DNA of 64,000 nucleotides from an uncultured Chloroflexia bacterium. GTDB taxonomy: Bacteria > Chloroflexota > Limnocylindria > QHBO01. Both the position numbers and the translations under genes were made by a program. Positions 8,360 to 17,649 of this stretch are shown here, piece after piece; within the stretch, counting starts at the first letter, position 1; every line of letters begins with the position of its first letter. The notes below the pieces were generated by a model, which ran no database searches, was not told the DNA's origin, and saw nothing but the letters and a program-made list of their open reading frames with translations. The stretch is from assembly GCA_963797855.1 (NCBI GenBank), contig CAWCQX010000008.1:34648-98647 (forward strand). Direction: 5' to 3'.

Positions 8360-9316
8360 ATGCGCGCCTTCGTGACCGGCGGTGGCGGGTTCATCGGGCG
8401 CCACCTCGTGCGCCGGCTGGTCGCGTCCGGCGTCGACGTCCGCGCCATCGCCCGGTCCGACGGCTCGGCCGCGAAGCTCCGCGATCTCGGCGCCGAGGTG
8501 GTCGTCGGCGACGTCCTCGACGCGTCCGCCCTGGCCGATGCGCTCCGCGGCTGCGAGGTCGCCTACCACCTGGCCGGCGACTACCGGGTCGGGATCCGCG
8601 AGTCCGACCGCCCGGCGATGGAGAGCCGCCAACGTCACCGCCACCGAGCGCCTGCTCGACGCGGCGGTGGCGGCCGGCGTCGGGCGAATCGTCCACGTCT
8701 CCACGATCAACGCGTTCGGCGACACCGGCTACCGCGTCGTCGACGAGACGTACGAGCGACCGCGGCCATATCGGTACGTCTCCTTCTACGACGAGACGAA
8801 GCACCGGGCGCACCTCGCCGCCCACGAGCGGATCGACGCGGGAGCGCCCGTGCTGATCGCGATGCCCGGCGGCGTGTACGGGCCGGGCGACCATTCGTCG
8901 CTCGGAGGCCAGCTGCGCGAGGCGGCAGACGGGCGGCTCCGAGCGCTGACCTTCGGCGACGCGGGCCTGAACATGGCGCACGTCGAGGACATCGCGGCGG
9001 GGATCGCGCTCGTCGGCGAGCGCGGGCGTGATCGGCGAGTCCTACGTCCTCGGCGGCGAGCTCACGACCCTCGGCCGAGCTCGTGCGGCGGGTGTCGGCG
9101 ATCGCCGGGCACCGGCCGCCGCGCATCGCCACGCCGACGTGGATGCTGCGCGCGGCCGCGCCGCTCGCGCGGCGCATCGGTCCCGACGTCGGGGAGCTCG
9201 TCCGCGCCAGCGCCGGCGTCACCTACTGGGCGACCGACGCGAAGGCGCGCCGGGAGCTCGGCTACGCGCCGCGAGACCTGGAGTCGGGATTGGTCGAGAC
9301 CTTCGGCCGGTCGTAG
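8360..9316 (+). CDS. NAD-dependent epimerase/dehydratase (extended SDR), 3 frame breaks
   Basis: MRAFVTGGGGFIGRHLVRRL... | ANVTATERLLDAAVAAGVGRIVHVSTINAF...YDETKHRAH...NMAHVEDIAAGIALVGERG | IGESYVLGGELTTLG | RRVSAIAGHRPPRIATPTWMLRAAAPL...YWATDAKARRELGYAPRDLESGLVETFGRS*. GxxGxxG and YxxxK present. Breaks ~8625, ~9025, ~9075. Confidence 0.75.
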
Positions 9317-10011
9317 ATCCCGATGTGCCACAGGCCGATCCGGTCGCTCCCGGCCGGCCTGAAGCCGGCGGCGGCCAGGCGGCGCTCGATCCGCCGCAGG
9401 TCGTGGACGTAGCCGCGGCATCCGCCCTGCCATCGGTCCCACGCGAACTCCGCCAGCCAGAGCGGACGGTTCACGAGCCCGCGCCAGCCACGCGACTCGG
9501 GCACGCTGATCGCGATCCGCTCCCCGGCGAGCGAGATCGCACGCTCGACGAGCGTGGCGACGTCTCCGTAGCAGCAGATGACCCGATCCAGGATCGACCC
9601 AGTCGTGCGGATCCGCGCGTCGGTCGCGACGGCATTGCCGACCTCGAAGGTCGCCGCCTCGGCGAATCCGGCGGCGTCGGCTCGCTGGCGGGCGAGGTCG
9701 ATGCTCGCGGGCGAGAGGTCGACGCCGGTCAGGCTCGCCGCCCCCATCTCGAGGAGCGCCACGCCCAGCGCTGCCGTCCCGCAGCCGAGCTCGAGCACGC
9801 TCGGCCGGCGCAGGGCCGTGTCGCGCAGCAGGTCGAGGATCGCGCCGGACACGTCGACGAGCTCGGGGAAGCCCTCGTCCTCGGTCCAGCCGTCGTAGCG
9901 CGCGTCGAACTGGCGGGCGATCCGCGGGTCGGCGGACGGGGGCAGCAGTCGGGGTCGGGTCGGGAGGCCACGCGACGAGGATAGGGTTTCGGTCGAGGAT
10001 CGGCCGCTCAA
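9262..10011 (-). CDS. class I SAM-dependent methyltransferase
   Basis: Intact ORF with motif I VLELGCGTAALGVALLEMG and LTGVDLSPASIDLAR. The 3' end overlaps the convergent SDR gene by 55 nt, and the start is not well defined. Confidence 0.7.
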   Translation of the reverse strand: MSGRSSTETLSSSRGLPTRPRLLPPSADPRIARQFDARYDGWTEDEGFPELVDVSGAILDLLRDTALRRPSVLELGCGTAALGVALLEMGAASLTGVDLSPASIDLARQRADAAGFAEAATFEVGNAVATDARIRTTGSILDRVICCYGDVATLVERAISLAGERIAISVPESRGWRGLVNRPLWLAEFAWDRWQGGCRGYVHDLRRIERRLAAAGFRPAGSDRIGLWHIGIYDRPKVSTNPDSRSRGA

Positions 10012-10038
10012 CGGCCCGGACGGTGACAGAATCGGAGC

Positions 10039-10568
10039 ATGCGGGTCTCGGCACGGAGCTGACTATGCGCTGCGCGCCGCCGCGGAGCTGGCGGTGGCCG
10101 GCCCCGGAGGAGCGGCTGAAGCGCGATGCGCTCGCCGCGCGACAGGACATCCCGGTCGAGTTCCTCGAGAGCGTGCTGCTCGACCTCAAGCACGCGGGAA
10201 TCGTGCAGAGCCAGCGCGGGGCGTCGGGTGGCTTTCGGCTGGCACGGGCTCCGGCGGAGATCAGCCTCGCGGACGTCATTCGGGCCGTCGACGGACCGAT
10301 CGCCGACGTCCGCGGCGACCGTCCCGAGCGGATCGAGTACCGCGGGCCGGCTCGTCACCTCCAGCACGTCTGGATCGCCGTCCGAGCCAGCCTGCGGGAG
10401 ATCCTCGAGGGCACGTCGCTCCAGGACCTGGTCGACGGCGCCCTCTCGCCGGAGATCGTGCGGCTCACCGAAGCTCCGGACGCCTGGATCTCGCTCGGGC
10501 GCGTCCGCGGGCCCACGCCGTTCAAGACCGCGGCTCCCCGCCGGCGGAACGCTGCCCGGCGCGCGTGA
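10039..10568 (+). CDS. Rrf2 family transcriptional regulator, 2 frame breaks near the N-terminus
   Basis: ATG 10039 MRVSARS | DYALRAAAELAVA | ERLKRDALAARQDIPVEFLESVLLDLKHAGIVQSQRGASGGFRLARAPAEISLADVIRAVDGP: classic Rrf2 winged helix. The rest matches ORF 10023..10568. Confidence 0.75.
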
Positions 10569-10581
10569 GCGCCGGCCCGCG

Positions 10582-11451
10582 TCAGGGCGACTCGACCAGC
10601 CCGCGGCGGGCTCGGATCCGCCGCTCGAGCGTGCCGAACACGGCCAGGTCCACGACGATGCCGATGACGAGAATGACGACCATCGTGGCGAGCAGGCCCT
10701 CCGCATCGGAGAGATCGCGCTGCAGCTGGAGCTGGGCCCCGAGCGAAGGCTGCTGGGCGATGATCACGAGCAGCTCGCCGGCCATCAGGCTGCGCCACGC
10801 GAAGGCCCACGCCTGCTTCATCCCGCCGACGAACGTCGGCAGGGCGGCCGGCAGGACGACGAACCGGTAGCGGTCGATCCCCCGTGCGCCCAGCACCTCC
10901 CCGGCCCGCAGGAGGATGCGCGGGACATGGTCGACGCCGTTGATGAGTCCGTTGGCGACCGACGGCGCGGCCCCGAGGACGATCACGAACATGATCGCGG
11001 CCTCCGAGAGGCCGAAGAGGAGGATCGCGAGCGGGAACCACGCGATCGAGGGCATCGTCTGCAGCCCGGTGATGAGCGAGGCGACGGCCGTGCGCAGCAG
11101 CCGCCATCGGACGATCGCCAAGCCGATCGCCATCCCGATGACGATCGCGAGAAGGTAGCCGAACCCCGCCCGCCGCAGCGTCGTCCCGATCGCCGACGGC
11201 AGGTTCCCGCCGAGGTCATCGAAGAGCCGTGGAAACACGTCCGCCGGTCCGGGGAGGACCCACGGCGGGTACAGCTGCAGGATGACCACGAACTGCCACA
11301 GCCCGATGAGCAGCGCCACGGCCGCCAACTGCGGCCACGCGGCGGCCCATGCCCGGCTCGCCACCGACGGCGCCGGAGCGATCGGCAGCTCGAGTCGGTC
11401 CAGCCCGCTGAGCTCTTCGTCCTCGGTGCTGCGCGCGAGCGCCTCAGTCAT
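10582..11451 (-). CDS. ABC transporter permease (NitT/TauT family: nitrate/sulfonate/bicarbonate type)
   Basis: Intact 289 aa ORF, BPD_transp_1-like (LPSAIGTTLRRAGFGYLLAIVIG...AWRSLMAGELL). The ATG overlaps the ATPase stop by 8 nt. Confidence 0.85.
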   Translation of the reverse strand: MTEALARSTEDEELSGLDRLELPIAPAPSVASRAWAAAWPQLAAVALLIGLWQFVVILQLYPPWVLPGPADVFPRLFDDLGGNLPSAIGTTLRRAGFGYLLAIVIGMAIGLAIVRWRLLRTAVASLITGLQTMPSIAWFPLAILLFGLSEAAIMFVIVLGAAPSVANGLINGVDHVPRILLRAGEVLGARGIDRYRFVVLPAALPTFVGGMKQAWAFAWRSLMAGELLVIIAQQPSLGAQLQLQRDLSDAEGLLATMVVILVIGIVVDLAVFGTLERRIRARRGLVESP

Positions 11452-12243
11452 TGGCGTGGCGGCGTACCTCCGCGCGAAGGCGCTCGGTGATGACCTCGGT
11501 CAGCCGGGCGACCTCCGGATCGCCATGCTGCCGCGGACGCGGGACGTCGCACGTCGAAGGCCTCGGCAACGGTTCCGGGGCGGCTGGTCAGGACGATCAC
11601 GCGGTCGCCGAGGCGCACGGCCTCGCGAACGTCGTGGGTGACGAACACACCCGGTCAGCCCGCCCTCGATGAAGATCCGCTCGAGCTCGTCGTGGAGGAT
11701 GTCGCGCGTCATGGCGTCGAGCGCGCCGAACGGCTCGTCCATGAGCAGGAGTCGGCGCCCTGCGCGAGCGCCCGGGCAAGGGCCACTCGCTGCCGCATCC
11801 CCCCGGACAGCTCGTGCGGACGCCGGTCGCCGAAGCCGTCGAGGCGGACGGTCGACAGCAGCGCATCGGCGCGCTCCGCGTCGCTCGCGAGCCGGCACGC
11901 CGGCGAAGCGCATCGCGAGCTCCACGTTCTCGCGTGCGGTCAGCCACGGGAAGAGCGCCGCCTCCTGGAAGAGAAGGCTGACGCGACCGTTGACCTCCAT
12001 CGATCCCGCCTGCACCCGGTCGAGCCCGGCGAGCAGGTTGAGCAGGGTGCTCTTCCCGCAACCGGAGGCGCCGACCAGGCACACGAACTCGCCACGCTCG
12101 ACGGACATCGTCACGTCCCGGAGGGCGAGGACATGGTTGCCGCGCGGGCCGTAGACCTTGTGGAGGCCGCGCACCGCGATGGCGGTCGGCCTGCCGGCCG
12201 ACGCGTTCCTCGCGACGATCGCCTCGGCTGGGGCCGCGGTCAA
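11444..12243 (-). CDS. ABC transporter ATP-binding protein (NitT/TauT family), about 4 frame breaks
   Basis: Walker [18 protein letters not shown], signature [15 protein letters not shown] (third frame, ~11800), Walker [12 protein letters not shown], then [19 protein letters not shown] and [30 protein letters not shown] 12243 overlaps the SBP stop. Confidence 0.75.
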
Positions 12244-13267
12244 GGCGTCGGGATCTCCGCCTGGCCCGCCTCGCTCAGCACCTCGTTGAGCGAACGACAG
12301 GTCATAGATGCCGTCGAGATCGACGCGGGTCGAGGAGCCCGAGCTCGGTCGCGTGCTGCGCGGAGGTCTCCAGGGATGCGGCGATCGGATCGACCGTGAA
12401 CTCGAGGTTCTCCCAGGCCGTTGCCACGGTCTCGGGCGACAGCTGGCTGCCGCTGAGCTCCTCGATGGCGGCGATCACCGTCTCCTGGGCCGCCTCGGGA
12501 TCCTCATTCGTGAAGTCTATCGCCGCGAGGTGGCCCTCGATCCAGCCTCTTGACGACGTCCGGATGCTCCTCGAGGAACTCGGTCGCGACGATGAGGTGC
12601 GTGGTCACGAAGTCGCCGTCCGGCCAGAGATCGGCCTCGTTGACGAGGACCCGCCCCCCGCCCTCCTCGACCATGCGCGTCGACCACGGCTCGGGGACCC
12701 AGGCGCCGTCGATGTCGCCGGCGATGAACGCATTCAACGCGTCCGCGTTCGCCTGCGGAGTGATCGACACATCGCCCCCGCCTTCGAGGTCGGTCTCGTA
12801 GCCCTGCTCGAGCAGCCAGGCCCGCAGGGCGACGTCCTGCGTGTTGCCGAGCTGCGGCGTCGCGAGGACGGTGCCGGCCAGCTGGTCGGGGGACGTGATG
12901 TCGTCGCGCACGATGAGGGCGGCGCCGCCCGAAGTCGTGCCCGACACGATGCGGATGGCTTGCCCATCCGACTGGGCAAAGGCGTTGATCGCGGGGTTCG
13001 GACCGATGTAGCTCGCGTCGAGCGCGCCGTTGAAGATGGCCTCGACCACCTCCGGGCCGGCATTGAAGGCGTGCGGCTCGAGCACCACGCCCGATCCGAG
13101 CGCCTCGGCCAGGATGCCATTCTCGATGCCGACGATGGCCGGCGCGTGGGTCACGTTCGGGAAGTAGCCGAGTCGCAGGGTCGACCGAATCTGCCTTCGG
13201 CTCCGTCGCCGCCGCCGCAGGAGGCCAGGAGGACCATGCCGATGAGCGGCGATGGAGGTGCGCGCAT
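12240..13267 (-). CDS. ABC substrate-binding lipoprotein (NMT1/SsuA-like), about 4 frame breaks
   Basis: MRAPPSPLIGMVLLASCGGGDG (lipobox LASC) | IRSTLRLGYFPNVTHAPAIVGIENGILAEALG...TPQLGNTQDVALRAWLLEQGY... | IEGHLAAIDFTNEDPEAAQETVIAAIEEL... | VDLDGIYDLS | [16 protein letters not shown]. Confidence 0.7.
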
Positions 13268-13289
13268 GAGGCATTCGATCTCGTACGGT

Positions 13290-13312
13290 TTGTTGAGTAT
13301 TCTAGTCAACAA
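13290..13312 (-). promoter_or_regulatory. palindromic operator TTGTTGA-N9-TCAACAA enclosing a TAGAAT -10 box for the ABC importer operon
   Basis: The minus strand reads TTGTTGACTAGAATACTCAACAA, 22 nt upstream of the SBP ATG (13267). Perfect 7-bp inverted arms flank TAGAAT. Confidence 0.45.
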
Positions 13313-13359
13313 GACTCACATAGCATTTGTCAAGCGGGCCAGGCACCGAATCGGTGCGA

Positions 13360-13389
13360 TTGAGGCGACCAGAACGCCTGTGCTATCCT
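13360..13389 (+). promoter_or_regulatory. promoter-like element (TTGAGG-18 nt-TATCCT) about 180 nt upstream of tRNA-Ala(GGC)
   Basis: TTGAGGcgaccagaacgcctgtgcTATCCT. The TGCTATCCT resembles the TGCTATACT of the other tRNA promoter. Confidence 0.3.
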
Positions 13390-13571
13390 CGAAATCGATG
13401 CGTTGACGCGGGAGCAGTACGCGTGCGCCTCGTTCACAGCGAGCCGGGATCGGTGCAAGCCGGCGTTCGAGGAGCGCGGAACTCGCCCGCAGAGCAGCCG
13501 AAGGCGCAGGCCGGAGGCCGGGTGGCGACCGATAGAGCGCCGACGAGTGGACCGACACGGAACGTTCGCGT

Positions 13572-13647
13572 GGGGTTGTAGCTCAGCTGGGAGAGCACCT
13601 GCATGGCATGCAGGGGGTCGGGGGTTCGAGTCCCCCCAGCTCCACCA
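13572..13647 (+). tRNA. tRNA-Ala (anticodon GGC), CCA encoded
   Basis: GGGGTTG/TA/GCTC-AGCTGGGA-GAGC/A/CCTGC-ATGGCAT-GCAGG/GGGTC/GGGGG-TTCGAGT-CCCCC/CAGCTCC/A/CCA. G3:U70 present. Confidence 0.95.
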
Positions 13648-13726
13648 ATCTCCTCATGGCGGTCAAGCTCAGGTGGTACCGCGAAGCGCCCCTTCGTCCT
13701 GGCAGACGGAGGGGCTCGTTGTTTGC

Positions 13727-14317
13727 ATGGGAGGCACGCGGATGATCGCGACCGGCACCGGCGAGGCGAGGACCGCCCGAGACGGGCGGCGCTGGACCCT
13801 GCGCCCGGCACGGCCGACCGACGGCCGCGGGCTGGCCCGGCTCTTCGCCGACGTGCGCAGCGAGGGCCGCTGGCTGATCACCGCGCCCGGGGCCGTCAGC
13901 GAGCCGTCGGAGAGCTTCTGGATCAGCGAGATGATCCGCGCCGCCGAGCACCTCGTGCTCGTCGCGGAGGCGGACGGCGAGGTGGTCGGGAACATCCTCG
14001 TCAGCGTCGACCGAGGCGTCGCCACCGAGCACATCGGCGTCCTGAGCATCACGATCGCCGACGGCTGGCGCGACGTCGGGATCGGCACGGAGCTCGTCGA
14101 GACCGCCCAGCGCTGGGCCCGCGAGCGCGGCCTGCGCAAGCTCTCGCTCGGCGTCTTCCCCGAGAACGAGCGCGCGATCGCGGTCTACGCGAAGCGCGGG
14201 TTCGTCCGCGAGGGCCTGCGCCGCATGCAGTACCGCTCCGGCTCGGCCTTCCGCGACGAGGTGCTGATGGCCTGGTTCCCCGAGGAGTCGCCCGAGATGG
14301 AGGAGCCGGACCGATGA
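13727..14317 (+). CDS. GNAT family N-acetyltransferase
   Basis: MGGTRMIATG...RPARPTDGRGLARLFADV...VVGNILVSVD...WRDVGIGTELVETAQRWARERGLRKLSLGVFPENERAIAVYAKRGFVREG (acetyl-CoA motif A). The stop overlaps the leuS ATG (ATGA). Confidence 0.8.
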   Translation: MGGTRMIATGTGEARTARDGRRWTLRPARPTDGRGLARLFADVRSEGRWLITAPGAVSEPSESFWISEMIRAAEHLVLVAEADGEVVGNILVSVDRGVATEHIGVLSITIADGWRDVGIGTELVETAQRWARERGLRKLSLGVFPENERAIAVYAKRGFVREGLRRMQYRSGSAFRDEVLMAWFPEESPEMEEPDR

Positions 14318-16844
14318 CGGCCGAGACGCCGGCGCAGACCCGGCCCGACCGCTTCGACCCGGGCTCGTTCGAGCAGAAGTGGCGCGACCGATGGGAGGCC
14401 GACGAGCTCGTACGTCGCCCGCGACGACGACCCGCGCCCGAAGCGCTACATCCTGACGATGTACCCGTACCCGTCCGGCGACCTGCACATCGGCCACTGG
14501 TACGCCGCGACCGGTCCGGACATCGTCGCCCGCATGCATCGCATGCGCGGGTTCAACGTGATGTTCCCGATGGGCTTCGACAGCTTCGGGCTGCCGGCCG
14601 AGAACGCGGCGATCGACCGCGGCATCGACCCGGCCGAGTGGACGAACGCGAACATCGAGCGGATGCGGACCCAGTTCCGAACGATGGGCGCGATGTTCGA
14701 CTGGTCGCGCGAGGTCGTCACCAGCGACCCGGACTACTACCGCTGGACGCAGTGGATCTTCCTCCAGTTCTACAAGGCCGGCCTGGCGTACCGGGCGCTC
14801 GGCGCCGTCGACTGGTGCCCGAAGGACCAGGTCGTCCTGGCGCGCGAGCAGGTGCTGGGCACCGAGCGGCGCTGCTGGCGCTGCAACACGCCGGTCGTCA
14901 AGCGCGACCTCGAGCAGTGGTGGTTCCGGATCACGAACTACTCCGACGAGCTGCTCGACTACTCCGGGATCGACTACCCCGAGCCGATCCGCCTGGTGCA
15001 GACGAACTGGATCGGCCGATCGGAGGGCGCGGAGATCGACTTCGCGCGTCGAGGCCGACGACGTCGAGCCGATCCGCGTCTTCACCACCCGCCCGGACAC
15101 GGTGTTCGGCGCGACGTTCATGGTGCTCGCGCCGGAGCACCCGCTCGTGTCGGTGCTGACGACGGACGACCGGCGCGGCGAGGTCGAGGCCTACGTCGCC
15201 AACGCGCGGCGCGAGACCGAGATCGAGCGGATGAGCACGGAGCGCGAGCGGACCGGCGTCTTCATCGGCGCGTCCGCCGATCAACCCGATGACGAACGAG
15301 CGCATCCCGATCTGGATCGCCGACTACGTCCTGCCCGGCTACGGCACCGGCGCGATCATGGGCGTCCCGGCCCACGACGAGCGCGACTACGAGTTCGCTC
15401 GAAGGTACGACCTGCCGATCCGCTACGTCGTCGTGCCGGCGGGCGCATCGGTCCCGGAGGGCGAGGCGTTCCTGGCCCACACCGACGACGAGGTGCTGGT
15501 CGACTCCGGGGAGTTCAGCGGCATGCCGGCCTCGGAGGCGATCGGCGCGATCACGCAGGCGCTCGAGGAGCGAGGCGCTGGGCCGCGCGGCAGTGACGTA
15601 CCGCCAGCGCGACTGGCTGGTCAGCCGCCAGCGCTACTGGGGCGCGCCGATCCCGATCGTGTACTGCGAGGAGCACGGGGCGCAGCCGGTGCCGGAGTCG
15701 GAGCTGCCGGTGACGTTGCCGGAGCGACGTCGACTTCGCGCCGACCGGCGTCTCGCCGCTGCAGCACCACGCGCAGTGGCTGGCGGCGACCTGCCCGGTC
15801 TGCGGCAAGCCCGCGCGGCGCGAGACGGACACGCTCGACACGTTCATCGACTCGGCGTGGTACTTCCTGCGCTACTGCTCCCCGCACCAACGAGGACGTC
15901 GCCTGGGACCGCGAGCAGGTGCGACGCCTGGATGCCGATGCACCTGTACACCGGCGGCGCCGAGCACGGGGTGCTGCACCTGCTCTACTACCGCTTCTTC
16001 GTGAAGGCGCTGCGCGACCTCGGCCACCTGTCGTTCGACGAGCCGACGCTGAAGCTGCGCAACCAGGGCCAGATCCTCGGCGCCGACCACAACCGGATGA
16101 GCAAGTCGCGCGGCAACGTCCAGGCGCCGGACGAGCTGGTCGAGCGCTACGGGGCGGACACGATCCGCGCCTTCCTGATGTTCATCGGCCCGTGGGACCA
16201 GGGCGGGCCGTGGAACCCGACCGGGCATCGACGGCATGCATCGCTGGCTCGGCCGGGTCTGGGGCGCGGCGCTGCCGTCCGCGGCCGGGGCGCGGGGCCG
16301 CCGGCGGACGAGGTGCTGGGCACGTCCGAGGAGCTGACGCGGGCGCTGCGGCGGGCCGCGCACGCCACGATCGATGCCGTCACGAACGACATCGACGAGC
16401 TCCACTTCAACACCGCCATCAGCAAGCTCATGGAGCTGACGAACGCGCTCATCCGCGAGCGCGAGTCCGGCCTGGCCGGGACCGAGGCGTATGCCGAGGC
16501 GGTCGACGTCCTGCTGAAGCTGCTGGCGCCGATCGCGCCGCACGTCGCCGAGGAGCTGTGGGAGCGGCGCGGCCACCCGTACTCGATCCACCTCCAGCCG
16601 TGGCCGGTGGCGGATCCGGCGCTCGTCGTCGCCGAGACGATCGAGCTGCCGGTGCAGGTCGACGGCAAGCTGCGCGACCGGCTGGTCGTGACGCCCGACA
16701 CGCCGGCCGACGAGATCGAGCGCATGGCGCTGGCCTCCGAGCACGTCCAGCGCTACCTGGGCGGGCGCGCGCCCGCGCAAGGTCATCCAGATCCCCGGCC
16801 GCCTCGTCAACGTCGTGACGCCCGGCGAGCCGGCGGACCGATAA
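14314..16844 (+). CDS. leuS: leucine--tRNA ligase, about 10 frame breaks
   Basis: [32 protein letters not shown] | [31 protein letters not shown]...[14 protein letters not shown]... | [15 protein letters not shown] | [32 protein letters not shown] | [23 protein letters not shown] ... [20 protein letters not shown]...NRMSKSRGN ... [12 protein letters not shown] | [26 protein letters not shown] and KMSKS motifs present. Confidence 0.9.
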
Positions 16845-16896
16845 GGCGTCCGTAACCGGCGGATAAGCCCGGCCGCGCGTAGGCTCGCCTCCTGCT

Positions 16897-16937
16897 TCCG
16901 GAGCCCGGCGCCGAGTGCCCGGGTGCCGGACTCCGGA
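16897..16937 (+). terminator. GC-rich hairpin after leuS (possible U-tract-less terminator)
   Basis: TCCGGAG-c-CCGGC ...15 nt... GCCGG-a-CTCCGGA: 12 bp stem with one 1x1 mismatch, no T-run. Confidence 0.3.
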
Positions 16938-16987
16938 CGCAGATCTGCTCACCGCGATCCTCGCCTCCCTCCGTTGGAGGCAACGCC

Positions 16988-17646
16988 GTGTCCCGATCCG
17001 ATCGCATCCTGGTCGCCGCCGGTGGCGCCGCCGTCGTGCTGGCCGCCGTCGCCGTCTTCATCCTCCTGGCGCCGACGGCTGCGCCAGGCTCCGCGCCGAC
17101 GGCCGACCCCGGGGTCGGCCTGCTCGTCGGAACGCCATCGGCCCTTCCGCCGACGCTCGACTGGCCAGCCCGTGACCGCGAGCGGCACGATCTTCGTCGA
17201 CGTCGAGGGAGCCGTCGCCGAGCCCGGGATCCGCGAGCTGCCCGCCGGATCCCGGGTCGCGGACGCGATCGCGGCCGCCGGTGGATACGGCAACCGATGC
17301 GGACCTCGAGGCCGCGGCGGCGACGATCAACCTCGCGCAGCCGCTCGACCGACGGAGAGCAGGTGCGCGTGCCCGCGGTCGGCGACGCGGCGCCGGTCCA
17401 GGCGCCGAGCGCGCCGGCATCGGCCGGCGCGGGCGCTGGCGGCGGGGCGCGGCCGGGCTCGTCAACCTGAACACCGCCACGCCCGAGGAGCTCGAGGCGC
17501 TCCCGGGGATCGGCGCCGTCACCGTCCAGAAGATCGTCGCCGCGCGCCAGGAACGCCCGTTCACCTCGCTCGAGGATGCGGTCGAGCGGGGCGTGATCCA
17601 CCGCGGCCAGCTCGAGGACATCCAGGGGGTCGCGACGGCGGGCTGA
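16988..17646 (+). CDS. comEA: ComEA (SLBB + helix-hairpin-helix DNA receptor), about 4 frame breaks
   Basis: MSRSDRILVAAGGAAVVLAAVAVFILLA (TM) | TASGTIFVDVEGAVAEPGIRELPAGSRVADAIAAAGGYG | TDADLEAAAATINLAQPLD | DGEQVRVPAVG... | LVNLNTATPEELEALPGIGAVTVQKIVAARQERPFTSLEDAVERGVI...*. Confidence 0.8.
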
Positions 17647-17649
17647 CCG

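Noticed and set aside
13488-13540. Possible SRP (4.5S) RNA because of AGCAGCC-GAAGGC-GCAGG
   Set aside because: Only the 3' half of the domain IV consensus is mimicked. The GGUCC-GGAA-GGAAGCAGCC core and a matching 5' strand are absent.
13268-13571. TPP or SAM riboswitch controlling the NMT1/SsuA-like ABC importer
   Set aside because: The importer promoter (TAGAAT) lies only about 30 nt from the ATG. I see no CUGAGA/ACCUGAUCUGGAUAAUGCCAGCG-type TPP or SAM-box landmarks on the minus strand.
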